Shown: piece after piece, positions 50,347-62,422 of the stretch | How the letters are laid out: each line of letters begins with the position of its first letter | Numbering within the stretch: the first letter of the stretch is position 1 | NCBI RefSeq assembly: GCF_006345805.1 | Contig: NC_043003.1 | Span: 7,316,001 to 7,380,000, forward strand | DNA from: Octopus sinensis | Lineage: Eukaryota | Length of the DNA: 64,000 nt | Reading direction: 5' to 3' | Position numbers and translations under genes: made by a program | Notes under the pieces: generated by a model | Told to the model about the DNA's origin: nothing | Databases searched by the model: none | What the model saw: the letters and a program-made list of their open reading frames with translations, nothing else

Positions 50347-53300
50347 GTAAGTATGATCGACTCCAGCCGAAACATTACTTTTCTTCTCACACAATCCAAA
50401 CATGACTATCACTCTTGTTGCATAGATATGATGTTGTAACTTGGTAGAAGTAACGGAAATTGCTTCTGGAATAAGTACTAACCACCGAGATGAGTAAAGA
50501 TTGGACAAAGTGCTTTGTGGTATTCTCTCCAGTTCTTCACATAATTCCTCATCTCTTAAATATAGAACTGTACAGAGAAGGACGTGTAGCTTTCCTGAGG
50601 CAGGATTTGAACTACAAAACTTTAAAATATGAATATTTACAAATGAAATCTAAGCCTAAATTTACAAGAAAACAAAACCTTATTTTCCCCCCCTCTCTCA
50701 ACTATTGAGCTACCCTCTCTCTCTTTCGGGGAGGCACAAGCACCTACACGCACATATACACACACGGCAGTAACTTCCACCTACCGAATTCAATCACAAA
50801 GCTCCGGTGAGCTCGGGGCTATAGTGAAAGACACCTACCCAAATAGTTTTTATCTCATTTCCTGCTGTTCTCACCTACCCTTGTGTAAAGCAGGGTGGCC
50901 ATATATCTTCTCTATAGCAAGGCACCTGCACTTGTCCCTCTATCATACTGTAGCCTTTCAACACTTAACATAAAGCCCCCCCCCGCTTTTCAAACACCCT
51001 TTTATTTAGTTGAGGGGGGCTGTTTCCTTTCTTTACCTTGTCTTGCAAGCTACTTAGTGGCCTCATGTGCACCAATCTTACAAAGGAGAGCACCCAGTAC
51101 CCTCTGTAAAGTGGTTGACATTAGAAAGGGCCTCCGGCTGAAGAAACCGTGTCAAAGCTGACATTGGGGTCAGCACTTTGACTCATCGAACCCTGTCAAA
51201 CTATCCAACCTATGCCAGCATGTATGACATGATGATGATGATCTAACTAAGAAAAAGGCGGTGAGCTGGCAGAATCGTTAGCACGCCGGGCAAAATGTGT
51301 AGCCGTATTTCGTCTGCCGTTATGTTCTGAGTTCAAATTCCACCAAGGTCAACTTTGCCTTTCATCCTTTCGGGGTTTATAAATTAAGTACCAGTTATGC
51401 ACTGGGATCGATATAATCGACTTAATCCATTTGTCTGTCCTTGTTTGTCCCCTCTGTGTTTAGCCCCTTGTGAACAATAAAGAAATAAGAAGCTTGCACC
51501 AAACTTCTGTGGCTGTTTTGGCCGGATTTTTACAGCTGGATGCCCTTCCTAACACCAACCACCTAACAGAGTTGACTGGCATTCTGAGTGGTCAAGGGTT
51601 AAACCAGCCATATCCAGCCCAGATATTCTACTTGTTTTATGTTCAGACTGGCCAGGTCTAGCCTTTTACACCTACCCTACAATGTCATTCTAAAAATAAA
51701 CAATCCCATCATTGAAATCTCAAAACTGTGAGATAATGCATAATTAATTTGAAACAATCATCATCATCATCATCGTTTAACGTCCGCTTTCCATGATGGC
51801 ATTGGTTGGACGGTTCAACTGGGGTCTGTGAAGCCAGAAGGCTGCACCAGGCCCAGTCTGATCTGGCAGTGTTTCTACGGCTGGATGCCCTTCCTAACAC
51901 CAACCACTCCGTGAGTGCAGTGGGTGCTTTTTACATGCCACCGGCACAGGTGCTAGGGGGGTCTGGCAAATGGCCACGATCGGATGGTGCCTTTTACGTG
52001 CCAGCGGCACGGGGGCCAGGCGGGGCTGGCAACGGCCACGAACGGATGGTGCTTTTTATGTGCCACCGGCACGAGGCCAGTCGGGGCGGCGCTGGCAACG
52101 GCCACGTTCGGATGGTTCTCTTACATGCCACCGGCACTGGTATCACAAAATAAGCAGCATAACATTTAATAAGGAAGTTTGAATGCTAAAAAGGTTGAGG
52201 AAATCTTGCTTCTTATTCCGACTCCCAAGAATTTGGTGCCAGCAAAAATTAAATTTATTAAAAAAAAAACTTGTCCTTTCTGTTTTTTTCTTTGTAGATA
52301 TCAAAATGGAGAACCCAAAAAAACACATTCGGCTGGGCTAGGGCTGAAGTACTAGGTGCCCTTGTCAATGCAGTGTTCCTTGTAGCTCTGTGTTTTTCCA
52401 TTTTTGTGGAATCTCTAAAACGCCTTGTTGAGAAAGAAGAGATCCACAACCCCAAAATGCTGGTTATTGTTGGGGTTCTTGGTTTAGTTGTTAACTTCAT
52501 TGGACTTTGCTTGTTTCGAGGCCATAGTGAGTATTTTTCTATGTTGTTTTTCCCATTTGCTTTTTTACATCTTTTACCTTTTTTCTTATTTCAGTTATTA
52601 AATTGTGGCAATGCTGGGGCATTGCTAAGGTGGCGAGCTGGCAGAATCGTTAGCACACTGGGCAAAATGCTTAGCAGTATTTCGTCTGTCTTTACATTCT
52701 GAGTTCAAATTCTGCTGAGGTCCACTTTGCCTTTCATCCTTTTGGGGTCGATAAATTAAGTACCAGTTGTGTACTGGGGTCAATATAATCAACTGGCCCC
52801 CTTCCCCAAAATTTCGGTCCTTGTGCCTAGAGAAGAAAAGAAAAGAATGCTGGGGCATCACTTTACTCTTTTACTTGTTTCAGTCATTTGACTGCGGCCA
52901 TGCTGGAGCACCGCCTTTAGTCGAGCAAATCGACCCCAGGACTTATTCTTTTTGTAAGCTCAGTACTTATTCTATCGGTCTCTTTTGCCGAACCGCTAAG
53001 TGACGGGGACGTAAACACACCAGCATCGGTTGTCAAGCAATGCTAGGGGGACAAACACAGACACACAAACACACATATAAATATATATATACATATATAC
53101 GACAGGCTTCTTACAGTTTCTGTCTACCAAATCCACTCACAAGGCATTGGTCGGCCCGGGGCTATAGCGAAAGACACTTGCCCAAGGTGCCACGCAGTGG
53201 GACTGAACCGGAACCATGTGGTTGGTTAGCAAGCTACTTACCACACAGCCACTCCTGTGCCTATCTTTTACTTTTTTTCTTATTTCAGTTATTAGAGTGT

Positions 53301-56300
53301 GGCTATGCTGGGGCATCACGAAGGTGGTGAGCTGGCAGAATCGTTAGCACACCGGGCAAAATGCTTAGCAGTATTTCGTCTGTCTTTACATTCTGAGTTT
53401 AAATTCTGCTGAGGTCGACTTTGCCTTACATCCTTTCGGGGGTCAATCTAACTGACTGCCTCCTCCCCCAAATTTTCGGGGCTTGTGCCTAGTGTTGAAA
53501 AGAATATTAACACATAAGGTGGTGAAATGCTGAGTGGTATTTCGTCTGCCATTACGTTCTAAGTTCAAATTCCAGTGAGCTTGACTTTGCCTTTCGTCCT
53601 TTCGGGGTTGATAAATTAAGTACTAGTTGTGTACTGGGGTCAATCTAATCGACTGGTCCCCCCCCCAAAAAAAAATTTTCGGTCCTTGTGCCTAGAGTAG
53701 AAAAGAAAAGAATGCTGGGGCATCACTTTGAAGAATTTTTTTTAGTTGAATGATACTCTGTAAAGTGGTTGGCAATTAGGGAGGGCATCCAGCTGTAGAA
53801 ACCATGCCAACGCAGACATTGGATTATGCCTGTGTGAGTGAGATGCTCATTTTGCAACCACATGGTTTTAGGTTCAATCCTGTTGTAGGATCCCTTGGGC
53901 AAGTATTTTCTACTGCAGTCTCTAGCTGATCAATGCCTTGTGAATAAATTTGGTTGAGGGGAAACTGAGGAAGTCCATTGTGTGTGTATGTATGCAGAGT
54001 TGTGTTCATCCACATCATCCCTTGGCAACCGGTGTTGGTTTGTTTACATCTGCATAACCTAGTGGTTTGGTAAAAGAGACCACTGCTTGAAAATACGTAC
54101 GGGGTCGATTTGATTGGCTAAATGTTTCGAGGTCATGTGCCAGCTTGGCTGCAGTCCAGTTACCGAGACAATTAAAAGGTAAAAAAATATACTGATACTT
54201 TGCAATATTTGTTCTGCACTGAGTTATTTGAAACTCCCTTGGCAACTCTTAGCATGAGGAATGCCATGAACCAAGTGACTGGTTCATTGGAAATGTGTAA
54301 ACATGCAGCCAACAATAGTGTCATTCACCAGTTGTAATTTAAATAAATAATTAAATATGTATAACGATGGCATTTTCCTATGGAGATGATAGATAGCCGT
54401 TAACAATAGAAAGAGAAATAATTTTCAAAATGTAAAAAAAATATTAAAAAAAAAAAAGTCAATAATATAAAGAATTTCTGTGCAAGCATTTAGAGAATCT
54501 AATTCATAATGAAGCTAAATATGCAATTGCAGAGTCAAGTGACATGATTGATAGGAACCGTTGACCTTAAGGGTGTTATTTTTTGTGTGTTGTGGTGGTC
54601 GGAGATTTAGGAATGTGACCTTGTTCGGTTACAATACTCAGACGTCATTTTGCATCAGGGAAAACCGATTATTCGACATTATTTTCGTTGGGAATGTTCT
54701 TGGGTCAGTTTGATGTTCTCACGGCAACGTATTGTGGAGACTGAGCGTTATGGTATTTTAATATTGTTTTGTGAAATATTTTAAAGGCGGCGCACTGGCA
54801 GAATGGTTAGCACACCAGGCGAAATGCTTAGTGGTATTTCGTCTGTCTTTTATGTTCTGAGTTCAAATTCTGCTGAGGTCGACTTTGCCTTTCATCCTTT
54901 CGGGGTCGATAAATTAAGTACCAGTTGTGTACTGGAGTCGATCTGATCGACAGGCCCCACCTCCCCAAAATTTCGGGCCTTGTGCCTAGAATAGAAGAGA
55001 AATATAATTCTTAAGGCAGTGAGTTGGCAGAATATTATTATTATTATTACTACTACTACTACTACTATTACTACTACTATTACTACTACAACAACAACAT
55101 AAGGCAGCGAGCTAGCAGAAACGTTAGCACACCAGGCGAAATACTTAGCAGTATTTCGTTTGTCTTTTACGCTCTAAGTTCAAATTCCGCCGAGGTTGAC
55201 TTTGCCTTTTGGGGGTGGATAAATTAAGTACCAGTTGCATACTGGGGCAATCTAATCGACTGCCTCCCACCATCTCCCCCAAAATTTCAGGCCTTGTGCC
55301 TAGAGTAGAAAAGAATATTGTTTTGTAAAATATGTGCCTTTTTTTCTGTTTTAAATTATTTTTACTTGTTTCCGTCACCCTGGGGCACTGCCTCGAAGGG
55401 TTTTGTTGAACAAATAAACACCAGCACTTTTTTGTTTTCTTTTTGGTGGGGGCGGGGTTTAAGTCTGATACTTATTCTGTCAGGCTCTTTTGCTGAACTA
55501 CTAAGTTATAGAGACGTAAACAAACCAACATTGGTTGTCAAAGAGTGGAAGCACAAAGACAGACAGATACACAAGCACATTTATGATGGGCTTCCATGCA
55601 GTTTCCATCTGCCAAGTCCACTCAGAAGGCTTTGGTCGGCCTAAAGCTTGAAGACACTTGCCCAAGGTACCATGCAGTGGGACTAAACCTGGAACCATGT
55701 CATTGCAAGCTTCAATTTCTGAAGTATTTAGGGTTACTAAAGTAGGCCTATAAGAAAAGGCTTTCCACTCATGACTACCTCATATGTTTTTGTACTTTTT
55801 AAGACTGGATTGCTCAATGTGTTCTTCTTTATTTAAGACGATAGGATGCGGTTTGATGAAAATTAGCTGCTATTTCTAGCATGTTAAGTGATTGCATAGA
55901 GGTTCTTTTATTAGTTTGTGTCTGTCATAAATTTTGCCCACTGAAGTAGACCTTGTAATAGACTGGCCTATCCAATTATGACCATCCCTCATTGTCTGAG
56001 ATGCTAACCGTTCATTTTTTGTTCTTTTTACTTGAAGCTCATTCCCACGGCAGCAGTCACGGTGATAAATCTGAAAATGTTGCGTTAGTGGAGAATAAGA
56101 TTGGTGGTAACAGTGATGATGTCGTTATCAGCCATACAGAAGAAGCTACAGAAGAGGTTCCTGTCAAAATACGTAAGACACTCATTCTTTTTCTTTTCCT
56201 TTCACCTTTCACCTTTTCCCTGTTCTTTTCCTGTTGTAAAGGTGACTTAGTGATTAAAGTATTGGGTTGTCTGGAAAGTTCTTGCCGATTTTTAAAGGAA

Positions 56301-59300
56301 AAAAGAAGGTCAATAAATACTTGCCATTACATTTTTAGTCAACCAAATATGAACATTTTGTTGCACAATGCGTCTCCATCTTTCCTTTAACTTGAAAATA
56401 TCCTCTTCCCAGAATTGAGGTTATTTCATGGCAAAGAATTCATCAAGGTATCTTTTTGCGACATCCAAGGAATTGAAATTTTTACCATTAAGACTATTCT
56501 GCAGAGACCTGAATAAGTGGAAATCTGAAGGAGCAATGTCTGGTGAATATGGAGGGTGGGGTAACACATCCCAGCCGAGCTGCAGCAATTTTTGTCTGGT
56601 TCCCAAAGCATCAAGTGCCGAAAATGAACTTTCTTATCTTCCATTTTAAAGGGTTACAGAATTAACACAGGTTATAGGAACATAAACCTTCTTCCACGAA
56701 AAGATAGCTTAAACTGTGCTCTAAATGGAGGTATAGTCAAATCCTATTTTATGGACTCAACCATGTTCCAAAATAAGTCGAAAGGTAAGCTTCTATAAAT
56801 CGGCAGAAACTTTCCAGACAACCCAATATATAGCTCACAATCTTAAAACAGTGAGTTCAATTCCCAGCACTGCATTGTGTCCTTGAGCAAGACACTTTAT
56901 TTTACATTGCTCTAGTCCACTTAGCTGGCGGTTGGATGGAACTTACACTCGCCTCCTTATGAGAGCTCAAAATCTCTCGTGGAAGCGTCATCCAACCAAA
57001 GTACAAATATATGGGAAATTACCACCTGTATCATCTCTTGTGAAAGGTAGAAGAGTCCAGTTTGCTGGACATTGTTGTAGAGCTGAAAACGAGGTAATTT
57101 CTACTCTTCTCCTCTGGAAGCGATCTCCTCGTGATACCAGAGGGCACATACTCTCCTACCCTGATGTAATCTCCAGGGATACAGGCATCAAACAACAGGA
57201 CCTCTGTAATGCTATGATGGACCGTGAAGTCTGGTGTGACAGTAAGTTCCATTGTCTCGACCACGGTCGAACAATGATGAATGATTAGCTGGCAAAAGAT
57301 GAGAACTACCTGTGTTTTCAAAGAGCCATTCTTGTCACCTTCAGTGTCTTGCTGAATCTCTCTGAAGAGTATGTTATGAGTACGTGTGTCTGTGGAGTAC
57401 TCAGCCACTTGCATGTTAATTTCACAAGCAGGCTGTTCCACTTGATTGAATCAAGTGGAACCCTCATCGTCATAACCGATGGAGTGCCAAACTATTTCTC
57501 CTGTTTTACAAGCTACCTGGTGACTTCCCTCGTACCATCAGCATGAGAAAAGCACCTGGTACACATTGTAAAGTGGTTGGCTTTAGCAAGGGCATCCAGA
57601 TGTAGAATCCATGCTAAAGGTGAATCCATTGGAGCTTGACACAGCAATGGAACCTTCTGGATCCTGTCAAACCATCCAACTAATGCTAGACAGATGTTAA
57701 ATGATGATGATGATGATGATTGCAGTTTTCTTGTATATCTTGTTGTTTAGCCCCAGGCAAGCCCTGAATAAGCAGACCCGTGATGAAAGGCTTTCTGGCC
57801 ATTTACCATTCGATTTATATTTTGGGTTTTGGATACAGAACTGTATTATCCAATTTGTCAATTCCACTTTTTGAAACACCTATTTTATTTATAAAAGAAT
57901 CTTTTCCCAAAACTTGTATTATTTCAGTACCACGTAAAAAGCACCGGTACCACATGCAAAGCACCCATGCTGGCACCAAGCAAAAAGCACCCAGTACACT
58001 CTGTAAAGTGGTTGGTGTTAGGAAGGGCATCTAGCCATAGAAACCTTGCCAAAACAGATGACTGAAGCCTGGTGCAACCCCCTGGCTTGCCAGCTCCTGC
58101 AAAACTGTCCAACCCATGCCAGCATGGAAAATGGAGATTAAATGATGGCTTGCTTCCGTGCCGGTGGCACGTTAAAAGCTCCAACCAATCGTGGCCGATG
58201 CCAGACCCCCTTGGCACCTGTGCTGGTGGCATGTAAAAAGCACCCACTACACTTTGGAGTGGTTGGCGTTAGGAAGGGCATCCAGCTGTAGAAACTCTGC
58301 CAGATCAAGATTGGAGCCTGGTGCAGCCTTCTGGCTTCCCAGACCCCAGTTGAACCGTCCAACCTGTGCTAGCGTGGAAAACGGACGTTAAACGATGATG
58401 ATGATGAGGATGGTGGTGATGATTTGAATTTATGCTATTGATATCATTAGCGTTTTTCTTTGACGATAATTATTTTCCCTTTGTATTTCCAATGATCTTC
58501 TTTGTCTTCTTCTTCAGAATCCAGTTCTCAGTTAAACATGAGAGGTGTCTTTTTACATGTCCTTGGTGATGCTTTAGGTTCAGTAATAGTCATTATAAGT
58601 GCGTTAATTATTTGGTTTGCTGAAGGGGACTGGAGATTTTATGTTGATCCAGCAATGAGGTAAGCAGCCCTTACTTTTCACAGTTTATTCTATTCTGTAT
58701 TTAAATGTCTACAAGACTGAGTCTAGCAATAATGTATCTTGTCTATGGATACAATGTAGTAACTGTGGTAAAATTTGAACTCATGGTCATATGATCCATA
58801 ATTCATCATCTTAATCCTTTAGCATTTACATTGACCCCGTGATGGTGACACGTAAAAAGCACCATCCGAACGTGGCAGATGCCAGATAAAAATCAAATGG
58901 AAATTGTAATTAAGACACCCGTGCCAGTGACACGTAAACAGGTACTGTCCGAACGTGGCAGATGCCAGCACCGCCTGACTGGTGTCGGTGTCACGTAAAA
59001 CCACCAACCGATCATGGCCGTTTGCTAGCCTGCCTTGGCCCCTGTGCCAGTGGCACGTAAAAAGCACCCACTACACTCATGGAGTGGTTGGCGTTAGGAA
59101 GGGCATCCAGCTGTAGAAACACTGCCAGATCAGACTGGAGCCTGATGCAGCCTCCTGGCTTACCAGAACCCGGTCGAACCGTCCAACCCATACTAGCATG
59201 GAAAATGGACGTTAAACGATGATGATGATTGACTGTATCCAGTCCAAATTTTCTGTTTTATGCTCAAATTAGTTAGACCTGACCTTGGTGTTAGGAAGGG

Positions 59301-62300
59301 CATCCAACCATAAAAACTATGCCAAAACAGTGGAGCCCCTTGCAGTTCTCTGGTCTGCTAGCTCCTGTCAAGCCATCTGATCCATGCCAGCATGGAAGAC
59401 GAACATTAAATGATGATGATGATATTAGTGAAATATTGAAACAACAAGATAATCCATCATCATCATTATCATTATTATTTAATTGGCGTAGGAGTGGCTG
59501 TGTGGTAAGTAGCTTGCTTACAAGCCACAAGGTTCTGGGTTCAATCCCACTGCATGGCACCTTGGGCAAGTGTCTTCTACTATAGCCTCGGGCCAATCAA
59601 AGCCTTGTGAGTAGATTTGGTAGATGGAAACTGAAAGAAGCCCGTCGTATATATGTATGTATATGTAAGCGTTTGTGTGTTGTGTTTGTCCCCCCCACAT
59701 CGCTTGACAACCGATGCTGGTGTGTTTACATCCCTGTAACTTAGCGGTTCGGCAAAAGAGACTGATAGAATAAGTACTAGGCTTACAAAGAATAAGTTCT
59801 GGGGTCAATTTGCTCGACTAAAGGTGGTGCTCCAGCATGGCCACAGTCACATGACTGAAACAAGTAAAAGAGTTTAACGTCTGTTTTCCATGCTGGTGTG
59901 GGTTGGACGGATTGAGAGGAGCTGTCCAGACACCATGGTTAATTCTAAATATTTGGCAGAGTAATCTGAACGCTACAAGGTTAAACCTTGTCACTGTACT
60001 TAGTTCAGAAGTCAAAGAATTTCTGTAGAAGCTACATTGTTAGTTCATGTTTACCCTAAGTGTTTATGCTTGCAGTATATAAACTCAACAAGGCGGCAAG
60101 CTGGCAGAACCGTTAGCACGCCGGGCGAAATGTGTAGCCGTATTTCGTCTGCCGTTACGTTCTGAGTTCAAATTCCACCGAGGTCGACTTTGCCTTTCAT
60201 CCTTTCGGGGTCGATAAATTAAGTACCAGTTACGCACTGGAGTCGATATAATCGACTTAATCCATTTGTCTGTCCTTGTTTGTCCCCTCTGTGTTTAGCC
60301 CCTTGTGGGTAGTAAAGAAATAGTTATATAAACTCAACAGTTTAAGACAGAAGATTTATAGCAGGCATAGTGGCTGAGTTCCTTTCGAGTGTTGCGTCTC
60401 ATGGAAGCAGTGACTGAGACTTTTGGCATTATGTCATGCTTGAGAAGAACCACCATCAAGCCGAGCAAAATCGCAGTCGTGGCAGATACCTGTGCCGTGC
60501 AAATGGCACCCATGCTGGTGGCACGTAAATGCCCATTACGCTCTCGGAGTGGTTGGCATTAGGAAGGGCATCCAGCCATAGAAAACATGCCAAATCAGAC
60601 TGGAGCCTGGTACAGCCTTCCAGTTTGCCAGTCCTCATCAAACCTATTTCTTCATTACCCACAAGGGGCTAAACATAGAGGGGACAAATAAGGACAGACA
60701 TAGGTATTAAGTCGATTACATCGACCCCAGTGCGTAACTGGTACTTAATTTATTGACCCCGAAAGGATGAAAGGCAAAGTCGACCTCGGCGGAATTTGAA
60801 CCCAGAACGTAACGGCAGACGAAATACCACAAAGCATTTCGCCCGGCGTGCTAACGCTTCTGCCAGCTCACCGCCTTTTCATCAAACCGTCCAACCCATG
60901 CCAACATGGATAACAAATGTTAAATAATGATGATAATTATGATTTGTATGTTTCAGTGAGTTTATGTGATTGAAGTTGTCTAAAATTGTAATTAAATAAT
61001 TTATCTAATGGAATCTAATCTCTACTTGCAGTATAGCTATGGTATTTCTTATTTTGAGCACAACAATACCATTATGTAAGTATTTGGTGTATTTTTTTTT
61101 GTTTTGTTTTGTTTCATTTAACTAAATTTATTACTACTATAGGCGCAGAAGTGGCTGTGTGGTAAGTTGCTTGCTTACCAACCTCATGGTTCCGAGTACA
61201 GTCTCACTGCGTGGCATCTTGGGCAAGTGTCTTCTACTATAGCCTTGGGCCGACCAAAGCCTTGTGAGTGCATTTGGTAGATGGAAACTGAAAGAAGCCC
61301 ATTGTATATATGTATATATATGTGTGTGTGTGTTTGTGTTTTTCTCCCCCCAACATCGCCTGTGGACATATGACATATGGCATAGTGGTTAAGAGTGCGG
61401 GCTGCTAACCCCAAGATTCTGAGTTCGATTCCAAGCAGTGACCTGAAGAATAATAATAACATTGAAAAATATTTTAGGAATGAGAACCCGGGTTTGAAAT
61501 TTCCCCAAGACACCTGATAAAGGCTGGAGGGTATATCAGCCGAAACATGTTAACAACAAACAAGATGAGGACAAATATCCCACAAATGTAAATAATCTAA
61601 ATAATGTACAATATCATGGTGTTTGGAGTGATCACTAGTGATGGCAACTTTATGCCTCCATTCAACTTCCCACATGTCCTCAGACTCAACATGGAGGCCT
61701 ACATCAAGTGCCTGGAAGAGGTAGTGCTGTCCTGGGTCAAGAGGGTGGCTGCTTGAAGACCCTGTGTCTGGCAACAGGACTCTGCTCCGTGCCTCACAAG
61801 CAGAAAACCCAGTCATGGCTGTCAGACAATTTCTGCAACCACATCACCCCCTAACATTTGGCCACCTAACTACCCAAACCTCAGCCCCCCCCCCCCCCTG
61901 ATTATTATGTGTGGGATGCAGTCGAACAAGTGACCAACAAAATTTATTGTAACACCAAAGATGAACTGAAGGCAAAGATTATGGCAGCATTCACCAACTT
62001 TAACAAGGAGTTACAGAAGATTCCAAAGTCATCTGAAGGCAGTGCTTGAAGCCAATGGCAATTTTATTGAATAAATCTACTCTTTGGTATTTCAAGATAT
62101 TTTTTATGTAATTTTGGTGAATATATATGTCAAAATGAGATGTCGGCGTTATTTTAATTTTTGCATAATTTAGACGACAGTTCATTCACCGCACCCTGTA
62201 TATGCATGAGCATGTATGCACACACATATTGCAACCAGAAAGTTAAATTCAAAATAATTTCTCGACATTTTTTTTTTTTGTCTCTGAATGCAGTCACTTT

Positions 62301-62422
62301 TTCCTTTTTCTACTTTCTAAATGATGTCCTTTGTAATTTCAGTGCGGGAATCTGGTTTAATTCTTCTGCAGACAGTACCAACACATATCCAGGTGAAAGA
62401 TATCAAAGAAAAATTAGAAAAG
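50164..62422 (+). CDS. SLC30A1: ZnT1/SLC30A1-like zinc exporter (CDF family), spliced and 3'-incomplete: join(50164..50346,52298..52526,56038..56172,58518..58659,61032..61075,62343..62422)
   Basis: Manual splicing at GT-AG sites gives 813 nt / 271 codons with no stop and matching phases (0,1,1,2,1,0). CDF motifs: SMALVADAFHMLSD (TM2), KNTFGWARAEVLGALVN, His-rich loop, NMRGVFLHVLGDALGS (TM5), YVDP, ILLQTVP. It may be co-orthologous to vertebrate SLC30A1 and SLC30A10. Confidence 0.93.
52298..52526 (+). CDS. SLC30A1: ZnT1-like coding exon 2 (ISKWRTQKNTFGWARAEVLGALVN...GLCLFRGH)
   Basis: Polypyrimidine tract plus tgtAG at 52296-97, donor GTGAGT at 52527; TM3-TM4. Confidence 0.95.
56038..56172 (+). 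CDS. SLC30A1: ZnT1-like coding exon 3, His-rich cytosolic loop (THSHGSSHGDKSEN...VPVKI)
   Basis: CTAAC branch-like site near 56004, T-rich tract, gaAG acceptor, donor GTAAGA at 56173; 135 nt, phase 1-1. Confidence 0.88.
56262..56826 (-). mobile_element. Internally deleted mariner element
   Basis: TA target duplications; about 30-bp TIRs TTGGGTTGTCTGGAAAGTT...GCCGATTT; N-terminal remnant MEDKKVHFRHLML next to the C-terminal LGWDVLPHPPYSPDIAPSDFHLF. Confidence 0.92.
56930..57284 (+). mobile_element. 5'-truncated RTE-type LINE inserted into a SINE
   Basis: ORF2 C-terminal remnant (RLLMRAQNLSWK...RRVQFAGHCCR), (ATG)n tail, 9-bp TSD TTAGCTGGC at 56921-56929 and 57285-57293. Confidence 0.85.
58518..58659 (+). 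CDS. SLC30A1: ZnT1-like coding exon 4 (QSSSQLNMRGVFLHVLGDALGSVIVIISA...RFYVDPAM)
   Basis: ttcttcAG acceptor, donor GTAAGC at 58660; contains TM5 HxxxD. Confidence 0.95.
60091..60324 (+). mobile_element. tRNA-derived SINE family B, young full-length copy
   Basis: Head AGGCGGCAAGCTGGCAGAA, B box GAGTTCAAATTCC, conserved GTCGACTTTGCCTTTCATCCTTTCGGGGTCGATAAA; 15-bp TSD TATATAAACTCAACA. More than 20 copies, e.g. 5527, 10483, 18147(-), 19230, 22715, 26582(-), 34234, 40508(-), 51255, 54784. Confidence 0.9.
60645..60878 (-). mobile_element. SINE family B copy nested in a family C element
   Basis: 10-bp TSD TCATCAAACC at 60635-60644 and 60879-60888. Confidence 0.9.
61032..61075 (+). CDS. SLC30A1: ZnT1-like coding exon 5, 44-nt micro-exon (SIAMVFLILSTTIPL)
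   Basis: cttgcAG acceptor, donor GTAAGT at 61076; phase 2-1 joins exons 4 and 6 exactly; TM6. Confidence 0.9.
61372..61600 (+). mobile_element. tRNA-headed SINE-like element with hammerhead-like tail
   Basis: A box TGGCATAGTGG, B box GAGTTCGATTCC, then CTGATAA-A-GGCTG..CAGCC-GAAAC at 61514-61546. Confidence 0.65.
61612..62198 (+). mobile_element. Decayed Tc1/mariner-superfamily (maT/rosa-like) transposase, 3' part
   Basis: Remnants MVFGVITSDG, WQQDSAPC, WPPNYPNLSP..DYYVW with stops and frameshifts; ends CACCCTG followed by TA. Confidence 0.8.
62343..62422 (+). CDS. SLC30A1: ZnT1-like coding exon 6 (LRESGLILLQTVPTHIQVKDIKEKLEK)
   Basis: tttcAG acceptor, donor GTGAGT at 62423; conserved ILLQTVP at the start of the C-terminal domain. 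Confidence 0.93.

Noticed and set aside
50145-50399. Antisense ORFs over coding exons (also 52258-52500)
   Set aside because: Shadow frames of the real + strand exons
62390-62398. Internal in-frame donor CAG|GTGAAA in exon 6
   Set aside because: Weaker than GTGAGT 30 nt downstream and would delete a C-terminal domain segment; no evidence of use
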